Made by a program: the position numbers and the translations under genes. Under the pieces are notes generated by a model that was given only the letters and a program-made list of their open reading frames with translations, made no database searches and had not been told where the DNA came from. A stretch of 64,000 nt of DNA from an uncultured bacterium (GTDB lineage Bacteria; Chloroflexota; UBA5177; JANWHV01). Of this stretch, positions 31,557 to 41,387 are shown piece after piece (the stretch's first letter is position 1; the number at the start of each line of letters is the position of its first letter). Where the stretch lies: NCBI GenBank assembly GCA_963827235.1, contig CAWHAE010000008.1, forward strand, positions 288,001-352,000. The letters run 5' to 3'.

Positions 31557-31967
31557 ATGAAGATTTGGCAAGGGTATGGTTCCGAGCACTCTTCGAATCT
31601 CGTCATGATCGGTCGCTTCAAGGGGGTGGACGACGCAGACAAGGCGCGCGAGGCCATCGAGCGGTTGACCACGCAGGTCAAGGTAGAACAAGATGAGAAA
31701 CGTCTCGATGTCGGCGGGAGGACTGAGCGGTACTCGGATCAAGTACGCAAGCTCCTGAGGGAACTTGACCTCTGGACTCTTGCTCCCATTGAACTCGAGC
31801 AGTTCCTGTATGACGTCTCCGTCACGGCCGAAAATGACCGTGTCGTCGTGAAGACCGATGAAGCTGATGTTTCGGCGTTCCTCAAGATCCTGCTCGATCG
31901 CGGCGCGCGCGTTGAGGTGTTCTCCGCCCACCACTATCCCGAGGATGAGTCGAAGAAGACGCGGTGA
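31557..31967 (+). CDS. Small conserved-looking protein, DUF6375-like (recalled, not searched)
   Basis: MKIWQGYGSEHSSNLVMIGRF...KILLDRGARVEVFSAHHY; RBS GGGAGG; 18 nt after the radical SAM stop. Confidence 0.75.
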   Translation: MKIWQGYGSEHSSNLVMIGRFKGVDDADKAREAIERLTTQVKVEQDEKRLDVGGRTERYSDQVRKLLRELDLWTLAPIELEQFLYDVSVTAENDRVVVKTDEADVSAFLKILLDRGARVEVFSAHHYPEDESKKTR

Positions 31968-31989
31968 GGCTCCCCGGATCGGAGGACCA

Positions 31990-34900
31990 ATGCCAGCACT
32001 GAACTGGGATGCATTTGAGAGACTACCCGGAGACGTCGCCTCCAACTTCGAGATGCTGTGCCGGATGCTGGTCTTTCTTCACTTCGGCCGCTACGGCGTC
32101 TTCGGCGCGCTAGCTCAACAGCCTGGTGTCGAATTTCACTTGAAGCTCGACATGCCGTGTTCTCTTGGAGATCGGGGTCGGTGGTATGGCTGGCAGTGCC
32201 GCTGGTGGGATCTCGGGAGCGGTGAGAAGATCGGCACTGCACGTCGGACGAAAATCGAGGATGCAATACATACGACAGAGCGAGTGCTCCCTGATCTGAC
32301 GGACTGGGTACTCTGGACACGCCGGCCTCTGACACCGAGCGATCAGACGTGGTTCCAGCAAATAGAGACGCATATGCGCTTACGGCAGTGGACGGCTGTG
32401 GAGGCAGAAGGCTACCTCGACGGGCCTGCAACAATGCTGCGAGGAAGCTATTTCGGCGAACTCGTGCTCACTCCGGAGGCACTGGCCGACCTGATAGGCG
32501 CGCCGTTGCCCCGATCAAGCTGCAGTGGCAGCCCGAAGTGCACCAAGTTGTCGAGGCTGAGCGCACTCTACGTCGCATGCTGGGCGGCGCCGATCCGTGG
32601 GATGCGTTGGACGTACAAGCGAATCAGCTCAACGCTGATACCGACGCAGTTGCCGCAGATCTGCAAGGCGTGACAGCCAACCTCAAATCGACGACAAATG
32701 AGCTAATTGGCCTGGGCCGATCCATGGCGAGTGTCCTAATCGACGTTCGCGCTGCCCTAGACCAAGGCGACCTCGACGCACTGCAACGTCGGCTCATCGA
32801 ACGTCCTGCGGCGATGAGCTCGAACGTTGCACAGGTCCCGCGCCGGCTTCGCACTTGCCGTCAGCCTGCTGGCCTTGCGGCTACTAATGTGTTGGCTGAC
32901 ATCAGACTTGCCCGAGAGCTCTTGGGTGAAGTGGACTCCTGCTTGAGCACACGACTGGTTGCCGTAGTGGCTGATGCTGGTTGCGGCAAGACTCAGCTTG
33001 CCGCCGAAGTCACTCAGCCCTCCACCACTCGCCCTGCTGCGATCCTGCTTCACGGCAAGGACTTGAATTCCGGCCAAACACTCAAGAATATCGCGGCTAG
33101 CGTAATCATCCAGGGGGTCCCAGTTCCGAGCATGGAGGCTCTAGTCGCCGCAGTCGATGCAGCTGGACGGCGAGCAAAGAGGCGCCTGCCTATCGTCATC
33201 GATGGGCTTAACGAAGCAGAGGACCCGCGGGATTGGAAGAGTGAACTTGCCTCTCTCACCGAGACCCTAGACCACTACCCATACGTACTCGTTGTGTGCA
33301 CACTGCGAGATTCGTTCTCCAACGAGGCGCTACCGGCAGATGTCCGACGACTTGAGATCCCCAGCTTTGGCCTCGATACCCTGGAGGCCGTCCGCCGCTA
33401 CTTCAAGTACTACCGCATCAATCCGGCGGACGCGGAACTCCCCTGGGAGTATCTTGAGCACCCTCTCACATTACGCATATTCTGCGAAGTCACGAATCCG
33501 TCCCGCGACCGCGTCGTGGGGGTTGAGCATATGCCGGGCTCGCTCACTGCACTCTTTGACCGATACCTCGGCCAGGCATCGCAGCGCATTGCTGGGCTGG
33601 CGCCTCGCGTTCAGCGCTATTACGAGCAGGATGTGCGTAGAGCGCTCAATCAAATCGGAGCAGCCCTATGGGAGGCGAGAGCACAGAGCCTGGACTTCAC
33701 GACACTCAGGCGTCAGCTGGACGACCAAGGACGTCCCTGGGACCAGAGTCTCGTTCGCGCATTGGAGCAGGAAGGGATACTGCATCGTGAAGCGGGCGAG
33801 CTGCCCGGTCACGAAAGGGAGTCGGTGCTATACGCCGCGCTCGCCGGGCACATCATCGCCGACTCAATGCTCTCTACGCACGGCCACCGGGGACTCGAGG
33901 CCTTGTTGAGAGATCCGGCAAGCGTGGGCGCATTTACCGGTACTCCGTCCGATCGGCATCCGCTCGCAACAGACATCTTGCGTGGGCTTGTCGGCCTTGT
34001 CCCTCGCCGCATTCTAGGACAGCAGTTGTGGCGGCTGCTTGATGAGCCGCTTCGCAGCGAGGCAATACGCGAAGCAGTCAATCTGGAGAGCAGCTTCCTT
34101 GATGCCGCAACTGTTGACGAGCTACGAGCCCTAGCCGTGCAACCATCTTCCGGGCGTGGCGACATCTTCAACCGTCTGGCACATATGCGCGCAGCGAATC
34201 GACACCCGCTCAATGTTGACTTCCTCGACGATGTGCTCCGTCCGATGCAGGTAGCGGACCGCGATCTTCGTTGGACTGAATGGATTCGTCGCAACAGCGA
34301 CTGGGTACTCGCGGATCTGCGTTGGCAAGAGTCCCGCTGGCGCTCTGACTCCAAGCGCACGCGCGCCGACTTATGTCGCGCTCGGTGGATCATGTGGACG
34401 CTCACGAGCACTCATCACCTTCTGAGAGACCAAGCGACGCGCACCCTTTACTGGTTCGGCCGCCCCGATCCCAGGGTACTGTTCGACCTAAGTCTGAACG
34501 CGCTGGCCATCAACGATCCTTATGTTCCTGAACGCGTGCTAGCTGCAAGCTACGGTGTCGCGATGGCGCGTCAGTACGACACAGACGAATCAGGCACCGT
34601 TATCGATGCCCTAGAGGATGAAGCGCAAGCACTCTACCAAGGGATGTTCTCGCCCGGCGCCGCATACGCAACGACGCACTGGATAAGCCGCAACTACGCG
34701 CGAAGGATCATCGAGATCGCGACACGCGTGCGCCCAGACGCGATACCGGGCGAGCAGCTGGAGCGCACGAGGCCGCCATATCAGGAGGGTGGCATCCGCA
34801 ATTGGGGTCAGAGTGATGACAGGAATGAAGGTGAATACCGCAACGGCAACCCGCCTATTGACATGCTCGACGACGACCCAATGGGGCTACTTGGACCAGG

Positions 34901-36215
34901 CATCACCAAATATCAATGGGACGCGCCAGAGTACAAGCACGCCAAGGCGAACCTTTTGTGGCGCATCTATGATCTCGGCTACTCTTTAGAGCGATTTGGC
35001 TCTATCGATAGTGTGCTGGCGGGAGAAAGACCATGGCCAGGCCGACATGCGGAGAGCGGCCACATGGATGGCTACGGCCGGAAATATTGCAGGATCGCGA
35101 CGTGCGAGTTGGCAGGCTATCGCGATGACCTGGACTTGCTGCGTAGCGAATGGGAGACGAGATCTGAAAACTGGCACTTTGTGGATGTGGACCCCAGTTT
35201 TCCGGAAGAGCCGACGCGGCTTCAGCTGGTTCTCGGCGACGTCCTTGGAGATCGTGAGACTCAGCTAGGCGAGTGGATCGTGGGCGGACCAGATCTGACG
35301 TTCGAGGACCTATGCGAAGCCGACCAAATCGGTGAGACACGTGGGCCCTGGGTACTCCTCGACGGTTACATATCGCAGTACGACCGACGCAGCAAACGGC
35401 AGATGTTCATGTTCTTGCGAGGAATTCTCGTGGCTGGGCCCAACCCAGAGATGATCCGCAGCATCGTCGCCGATGGGAGGCGGATCGACGGGGGGCATCT
35501 CGATCCACCCTCTACCTACTACACGTACGCCGGAGAGATCCCGTGGTGCGAGACCTACCCGCCCAATGAACCGTGCTCAAGTTCGATCTTTGATGACCAG
35601 TCCGCTGCGAACATGCCGGCTGTAGAGCAGGTCGCGACCATCCTGTACGAGGAAGACCCGTCGGATTTGCAACTAGCCGAAGATGCCACTCCAGAGGTCT
35701 CCGTTGATCAGCTTGAGCAGGAGCTGTCAGTCAGTCAGTGCATGAGCTTCGAGCCTGTTGAGGACGCATCGGGCGTGGGCCGCAAAGAACACGGCGCGCC
35801 AACCTTCGCAGATGTGACTGTTGCAGTGACGAGGCATGGCTGGGAAAGCTATCACAGCCCGCTGAACCCTGGCTCCAGTGCTCACCTGCCTGCACGACAG
35901 CTATGCGATGCGCTTAGTCTCACCAGTCGTCCGCAGACGTTTGACTTATTCGATCCGGCAGGTCACCGGGCCTCGATGTCCTTCGGTTCCGGCGAACACT
36001 ACGCTAACCGGCAAGACTTCACCTTTATCCGAAGGGATCTACTCGATCAGTTCCTCGCAGTGAGTAGCCAGCACTTCGTCTGGGCAATCTATGGCGAGCG
36101 AGGAGCCTTCGGATCCGATGCTGACACAAGGAAGATGCTCGGGGACGGTCCTGCTTACGCTCGCTTCGACAGTATTCGTCTGTATGACCCTGATCGTACG
36201 TCTCACATCGTGTGA
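31990..36215 (+). CDS. ~1400 aa STAND NTPase, Avs2 (AVAST type 2)-like, with N-terminal REase-like domain; one apparent frameshift near 32494
   Basis: RBS GGAGG + ATG 31990; FEMLC...GVEFH...GWQCRWW N-domain; Walker A VADAGCGKT, Walker B IVIDGLNE, HPLTL; RDLRWT, LTST..LRDQATRTL, NDPYVPER, GRKY..IA, DVDPSF; adding one base (DL[H]RRAVAPIK) joins the two ORFs. Confidence 0.82.
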
Positions 36216-36228
36216 TATGGCCATCACG

Positions 36229-36345
36229 AGTTAGAGCACCTGTCGGGCTCAACGACAAGCCTGTATACCTTCACGCACGGCCCTGGCGATCCGCGCAACT
36301 TACGATGAGCACTTCTGCGCTGTTCTCCATCGCGCCATCTCGGGA
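36229..36345 (+). pseudogene. Highly decayed integrase C-terminal relic
   Basis: Translates as ELEHLSGSTTSLY (cf. ELLGHSSxSTTxIY) and VYLHARPWRSAQ (cf. VYRHVRGDQRAQ of the 29778 fragment); His codon ~90 nt before att unit 2. Confidence 0.55.
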
Positions 36346-36361
36346 TGTCCGACACAACTGT

Positions 36362-36492
36362 CATCGCACAAACATCGCAAAAGATGGCCCCAATCAGCCA
36401 CATACGGAGAGCCTGCGTCAGCATTTTACGCTTGAGTACTCTGAGAGGGCCAGAGGAGATTCGACACCAAGACCTGCTGAACACTCTTCAGA
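36362..36492. repeat. att-like unit 2 (arm-like repeat + degenerate tRNA-Ala 3' half)
   Basis: catcgcacaaacatcgcaaaagatgg at 36362; cattttacgct at 36422; 36447-36492 matches tRNA 38350-38395 at 35/46 positions ungapped (hand count). Confidence 0.88.
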
Positions 36493-36515
36493 TGGCTTCC
36501 TCTGTCCGCAGGCTT

Positions 36516-36872
36516 CTACGCGACTACGGCCGCATGGGTGAGCTGGAAGCGATGCTGTCCCTCTTCGTCCGGCAGTTGTGTCAGCTCGAAGCTAGGGGGC
36601 TTGCGTATTTGCCAGGTGCGATACCCTTGCTCGATCAGCCATAGCCCGATCTGTTTCTGAATGAGATGCACACAGGTTGCAGGGCCGCGCTCCGAGTCCC
36701 AGAAGCTATCCTTGTCTATCCTCGCTTTGGCCCACTGATCCGTGTTGCCTAATCGCACATACACGAAGCCCCATTCTCGCTCGAAGACTCCGCGATCCTC
36801 GATCCGTATGTCGATGCCAAAGCCGTTCCCATCGGACCGGTGCTGGCCATTATTCCACGCTTCCACTTTCAC
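36516..36872 (-). CDS. Small hypothetical protein
   Basis: GGAGG RBS then GTG (VKVEAWNNGQHRSDGNGFGIDI...); Trp/Gly-rich, protein-like composition. Confidence 0.7.
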   Translation of the reverse strand: MKVEAWNNGQHRSDGNGFGIDIRIEDRGVFEREWGFVYVRLGNTDQWAKARIDKDSFWDSERGPATCVHLIQKQIGLWLIEQGYRTWQIRKPPSFELTQLPDEEGQHRFQLTHAAVVA

Positions 36873-36977
36873 CCTGTCACCTCCGTTCATCCGTTGTTCG
36901 TGAAATCGAGACTGCGGTCACGCTGGCGCAGCAGCTCCTCACTCGAGGAACCCGCGCTCTCCTGAACCGTGATGGGA

Positions 36978-37922
36978 TTACTGGTCCGCAGAGATCTGCC
37001 TAACTCTACCAAGCTGCCACCGCGAGGTCCCGACGCGAACAAAGCCGGGATACTCTGCCAGTATAGAGCGGATGTAGCTCACGACTGCACGCTGCACCCG
37101 CTCGGCCCCCTTCAGTGCGCGAGCAATGTCCGTGGCCGTGCACGGCTCCGGCGCTGCGGCGACGTACCGTGCAATGCGCTGAAGGTCCGTCAGGTGCTCC
37201 CCCGTCTGAACCGTGCTCTCCATCAGCATTTGCCGGGCCTTGTAGGTATTCAGCAGATGGTCGCTTATGGCCGAAAGAACGAGCTCACGTCCATCCGCTG
37301 ATCGCATCCAGAACTCGCGCAGCCTGCCGGTCCTGAGGCCGTAGATCGCGAGCCCGACACCGAGCCCGCTCGCGACAACAAGAGCAGGGCGAGCTCGCCG
37401 GTCAGTCAGCGCACTCTTCGCGATCGCACCGATGCCTGCAATGCCCCATGTGCTGCCGACCGGCAGCTGATCAGCTTCCGCCACGGTCCGGCCAGCTCGC
37501 GTGAGCGGCAGCCACTCCCTCGTCGTTAGGCCGGGATCGACCAAGTGACCATCTTCCGAAAGCGATATGGGCCCGAGAAGAAGAACAAGTGCGGCCGTGG
37601 CGGCATCATCTGGGTCGCGTGCCACCACCTGCTGCACACGACTGTCGTCGGGCAGTTCCGCCGGCATCGTCACATACAAGATGGCCGGCAAATACTCGCT
37701 GACCCAGCGCTGGTATGCGATCGCAGGATCCACCTTCGCCTTACGAGCTCGACGGGCCATGTGTTCTGGGACTTCGTCAAACACATGGGCCGACGCGTAA
37801 TAGCGACAGGATCCGACTCGAGCGCTTGCTACCAAAGCACCTGGGCGCCCACGGCGAACGGCGGACATCAGGTCATTCAAGAGGACATTGAGTCGACCAC
37901 ATACGGGTGAATCGACAGCATG
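36978..37922 (-). CDS. PIN-domain protein with central hydrophobic segment and C-terminal HTH-like region; apparent frameshift near 37891
   Basis: Adding one base gives YVVDSNVLLNDL; then VFDEVPEH, RDPDDAATAAL, LSEDGHL (PIN acidic tetrad pattern); CTATDIARAL near the C-terminus; start uncertain. Confidence 0.65.
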   Translation of the reverse strand, partial: HAVDSPVCGRLNVLLNDLMSAVRRGRPGALVASARVGSCRYYASAHVFDEVPEHMARRARKAKVDPAIAYQRWVSEYLPAILYVTMPAELPDDSRVQQVVARDPDDAATAALVLLLGPISLSEDGHLVDPGLTTREWLPLTRAGRTVAEADQLPVGSTWGIAGIGAIAKSALTDRRARPALVVASGLGVGLAIYGLRTGRLREFWMRSADGRELVLSAISDHLLNTYKARQMLMESTVQTGEHLTDLQRIARYVAAAPEPCTATDIARALKGAERVQRAVVSYIRSILAEYPGFVRVGTSRWQLGRVRQISADQ

Positions 37923-38266
37923 CCTCTGCTCTTCCCGAAGGTGGGGTTCGCGCGCCGAAAGCTGCTCACCAATGAGTGATTCGCCACGTCATTGCTGCCC
38001 TGCTCCTGTCCATCTGAGAGGCTCCGCATGTGGTCATGGAGCGAAGCCGGACGCTTGCCCTCCAAAGCCTTCAAATATGCCCAGGCACACCGTCGAGCGG
38101 GCTCCATGCGATGGAGTTCGCCGCAGGGCAGTTCTACCCACTTGCGTCGGTCTTTGTGGCCCAGGCGCGATATTCAGCCACGCGTCGCTCCCACCATAGC
38201 GCGGCCGCGTCGCCTCACCGGATAGTATCACCCTGGCGCGGCACGTCCGATGGGGACCAAATACGC

Positions 38267-38345
38267 CATGGCAAAAATACCACAAAAATGGCGCCGGTCC
38301 GGACTCTTCAGTCACCAAACCGACGCCATTTTACGCTCAAAACGC
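38267..38345. repeat. att-like unit 3, immediately downstream of the intact tRNA
   Basis: catggcaaaaataccacaaaaatgg at 38267; cattttacgct at 38327 (same 60-nt spacing as units 1 and 2). Confidence 0.8.
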
Positions 38346-38421
<76 letters not shown>

Positions 38422-38440
38422 GAGACTCCGATGCCGTGCC

Positions 38441-38719
38441 TTACTGGGGCACTGCCTCGACTGCGGCAGCCTCGCGAACGCTCACGCGCTGGCGATTGTT
38501 TACCTGCCGTTCAAAGACTACCTCACCGTCGACCAAAGAGTAAAGGGTGAAGTCCCTTCCCATGCCGACGTTTACACCCGGCTTGAACTTGGCGCCGCGC
38601 TGGCGAATGATAATATTGCCGCTGATCACCTGCTCGCCGCCGTACCGCTTCACCCCGAGGCGCTTCGATTCGCTATCGCGCCCGTTGCGGGAGCTGCCAA
38701 CTCCCTTCTTGTGCGCCAT
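38441..38719 (-). CDS. rpmA: 50S ribosomal protein L27
   Basis: [31 protein letters not shown]. Confidence 0.98.
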   Translation of the reverse strand: MAHKKGVGSSRNGRDSESKRLGVKRYGGEQVISGNIIIRQRGAKFKPGVNVGMGRDFTLYSLVDGEVVFERQVNNRQRVSVREAAAVEAVPQ

Positions 38720-38805
38720 AATCCTACCTTCTCTCTCCTGCGCCGGCAGAGCCGACGACGACTTCGCATGTACCGCGCGGCGACTGCGGCGGGTACACGC
38801 GATCG

Positions 38806-39138
38806 TTACTCGGCGGCTACCGGGCTGCTCGACTGAATGGCGCTGACCAGCACGTGCGTCTGACTCTGCCGGTGACCGGTCTTGCGGCGATAGCGCACCT
38901 TCGGCTTGTACTTGAAGACGATGATCTTCGGGCCACGGTCCTGCCGCACCACCCGGCCGAGTACTTTCGCGCCTGCGACCGTCGGTGTGCCGACAGTGAT
39001 CTCACTGCCATCGCTGATCATCAAAACCTGATCGAACTCGACGTCCTGGCCCGTCGCAACATCCAGTTTCTCGACGGTCAAGGTCTGTCCGATCTCCGCC
39101 TTATATTGCTTTCCGCCCGTTACCAGTACTGCGTACAC
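38806..39138 (-). CDS. rplU: 50S ribosomal protein L21
   Basis: [34 protein letters not shown]. Confidence 0.98.
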   Translation of the reverse strand: MYAVLVTGGKQYKAEIGQTLTVEKLDVATGQDVEFDQVLMISDGSEITVGTPTVAGAKVLGRVVRQDRGPKIIVFKYKPKVRYRRKTGHRQSQTHVLVSAIQSSSPVAAE

Positions 39139-39193
39139 GGTATCCTCACCAATTGCGCGCCTCGCGGGCCCTTTTCGGGCGCCACAAGGACAG

Positions 39194-39223
39194 ACGATAT
39201 CAACTTCCGCGGTTGCTTGTCAA
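39194..39223 (-). promoter_or_regulatory. Putative sigma-70 promoter of rplU-rpmA-tRNA-Ala
   Basis: Minus strand TTGACA-18 nt-TATCGT, with TG one base before the -10. Confidence 0.6.
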
Positions 39224-39537
39224 GGCGCGTCACCCACGCTTGCCATTCTCATCATAATCAGCACGGCGACCCGGGATACCGCTATACTCACGCCAAGGCC
39301 GGACTCGCACAGGCGTACGCACTTACACGGCTCGGTGGGCACCGAGGCTATGGGTAACAAGCCGGATGTGATGGTGTTGACTCGTCGCCGGTTGGCGGCG
39401 GCAGCTACGGGTGCCGAGCCGGTGCGGTTCTGGCCGAGTGGCCGGCCACAGGGCCCGGGGCCCGGTACCCGCGCCCGTCGTTGCGTCGACCGATCCGGGC
39501 AGCGCTATGCCTATGCTGGAGGCGGCACGACGAGCCA

Positions 39538-40419
39538 GTGATTACCTGCCTGGGCGACATCTTCCTCGACCTCCATCTCCGGCGCGTCGTGACGGCCGGC
39601 CCCAGACACACTGCCGAGCCCATGGCGGCCACGCCCGGTGGGGCGGCGGCGAACACGGCAGCCTGGCTCGCCCGGCTCGGCTCTGCCGCCGGGATCATCG
39701 GGTCAGTGGGAGCCGATCTGGTGGGAGCGGCGTTGAGCGCCGATCTGCGACGGCGCGGAGTGCGCACCGCCGTTTCTCGCGTGACCGGGATGGCAACCGG
39801 CATCTGCATGGTCATGCATGAACTGGATGGCGGCACCAGCGTGACGGCACGCAGGGGCGCGAACGACGTGCTACGCCTGGATGCGCGCCAGCGCAGGCTC
39901 GTGTTTTCCTCTTCATGGCTGCACATCTCCGCGTACGCCTTCTTCGCCGAGGAATCGAGAGCGCTGGTCGTGCGAGCCGCCGAGCTGGCGCGGTCGAACG
40001 GGGCACCGGTTTCTGTCGACCTCGGCGCGCCCCACCTGGTGCGGCACGTGGGACCGGCAGAGTACCTTCGGCTTCTGCAGGCCGTTCACCCGAGAGTGCT
40101 GTTTGCCAACGAGGCCGAGGCCGCTCTCCTGTCCGGTGCCGGCGACCCTGTCGACTCGATAGCTGCTCTGGCCGAGCTCGCCGTCCTCAAGCGCGGAGCC
40201 GCCGGCTGCATCGTGCACGACGGGCGATCGCGCACCGTGCTCGACGCGGTGCCGGCCGAGGAGGTCGACGCAACGGGCGCCGGAGATGCCTTTGCCGCCG
40301 GCACCATCTCTTGCCTGGCCGCTGGAGGTAGTCTGTTCGAAGCGGCGCGCGCGGGAGCGGCATTGGGCGCGGCATGCGTGATGGTGGTGGGCGGGTATCC
40401 GGCGGCCAGCCACGCGTGA
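39538..40419 (+). CDS. PfkB/ribokinase family carbohydrate kinase
   Basis: ITCLGDIFLD, PGGAAANTA, GSVGADLVG, FANEAEA, KRGAAG, VDATGAGDAFAAG. Confidence 0.9.
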   Translation: MITCLGDIFLDLHLRRVVTAGPRHTAEPMAATPGGAAANTAAWLARLGSAAGIIGSVGADLVGAALSADLRRRGVRTAVSRVTGMATGICMVMHELDGGTSVTARRGANDVLRLDARQRRLVFSSSWLHISAYAFFAEESRALVVRAAELARSNGAPVSVDLGAPHLVRHVGPAEYLRLLQAVHPRVLFANEAEAALLSGAGDPVDSIAALAELAVLKRGAAGCIVHDGRSRTVLDAVPAEEVDATGAGDAFAAGTISCLAAGGSLFEAARAGAALGAACVMVVGGYPAASHA

Positions 40420-40558
40420 CAGGTGACAGGCAGGGTCAGAGCGCGTAGCGGCATGAGGACGGCGCCGATGAATGCCGTACATTCACCAGGGAGGTCGCGG
40501 ACGAGCGCATCTCGCCTCGGCACGGACACCGGGACGCCGCGCTTCGCCGGCGCTCTGC

Positions 40559-41387
40559 TCAGACTGCAGGTACGAGGCCGGCTTGGCGCACGCGGTCCTG
40601 CAAGATGTCCACGATGGCATCGTCTACACAGAGCGTCCAGGCCAGGCAGAACTGGACAGATGGATGGGCACTCCGGCTGCGCTCCAGGGCCGGGATCACG
40701 TTCCGGGCCAGCACCTTGCCGGGAAAGTGCAGGTACGGTGCTAGGACGATGCGTGCCGCTCCCCGCTGGGCCAGCCGATCCGACGCCGCCTCGATCGTGC
40801 GCTCCGAATTCTCAGCCTGCGCGGTGGCGACGATCGCGTCGCCGCCGATCTCAGCACGCACCAGCTCTCCCAGCGCATTCAGCCGCTCCCCGCTGTCCCA
40901 TTGCAAGCGGCTGCCCCGGTTTACGAGCACGACGCCGAGCAGACCTCCGGCCCTGCGCCGTACCAAGCCATGCGCGGGAAGGTACTGGCTCGTGCCCAGC
41001 AGGGCGGCACTCACCCGCGCGGCAACCAGCCGGGCGAGCCGCGGGTCGAGTCCCAGATTCGGCAGCTGGCGTATGGACGACGGCAGGCAGCGCGGCTCGC
41101 AGGCGATCGATCTCACGCGGAATATCGCTCTGGATCTCCTTGCCGTCGAAAAGAAAGTACGGCAGGACGGCGATCTCGGCGGCTCCCTGCTCGACGGCGG
41201 ACTGCGCCGACTCCAGCAGCGTGGGCGACAGGAACTCGAAGAAGGCCGGACGGACAGCAGGTCCGTTGGGATATCGCGCCTGCAAGCGCCGCGCAACCTC
41301 TCGAATGCCTTCGTCGGTGGCCCTACCGCGCCTGCTGCCGTGTCCCAGGACCAGGATCGTCTGAGTAAAGACGCCGTCTCTGTCCAT
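40559..41387 (-). CDS. CbiX/SirB-type two-domain chelatase, apparent frameshift near 41075
   Basis: LVLGHGSR, AFFEFLSPTL, VLPYFLFDG...DIP; then other frame PNLGLDPRL, VNRGS, APYLHFPG. Confidence 0.8.

Larger units (their letters stand above)
29778..38345. mobile_element. Tandem array of decayed genomic islands at the 3' end of tRNA-Ala(GGC); left boundary uncertain
   Basis: Three att-like units (30171, 36362, 38267), integrase remnants, defence-like cargo, visibly more A/T-ending codons than the flanks. Confidence 0.8.

Noticed and set aside
36447-36500. Second functional tRNA gene
   Set aside because: It lacks the D-arm/5' half and CCA end and has a disrupted T-stem; it is an att remnant.
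30171-38345. CRISPR array or classical integron attC array
   Set aside because: Repeats are kilobases apart and tRNA-derived; no cas genes, no IntI-type gene, and no RYYYAAC/GTTRRRY boxes recognised.
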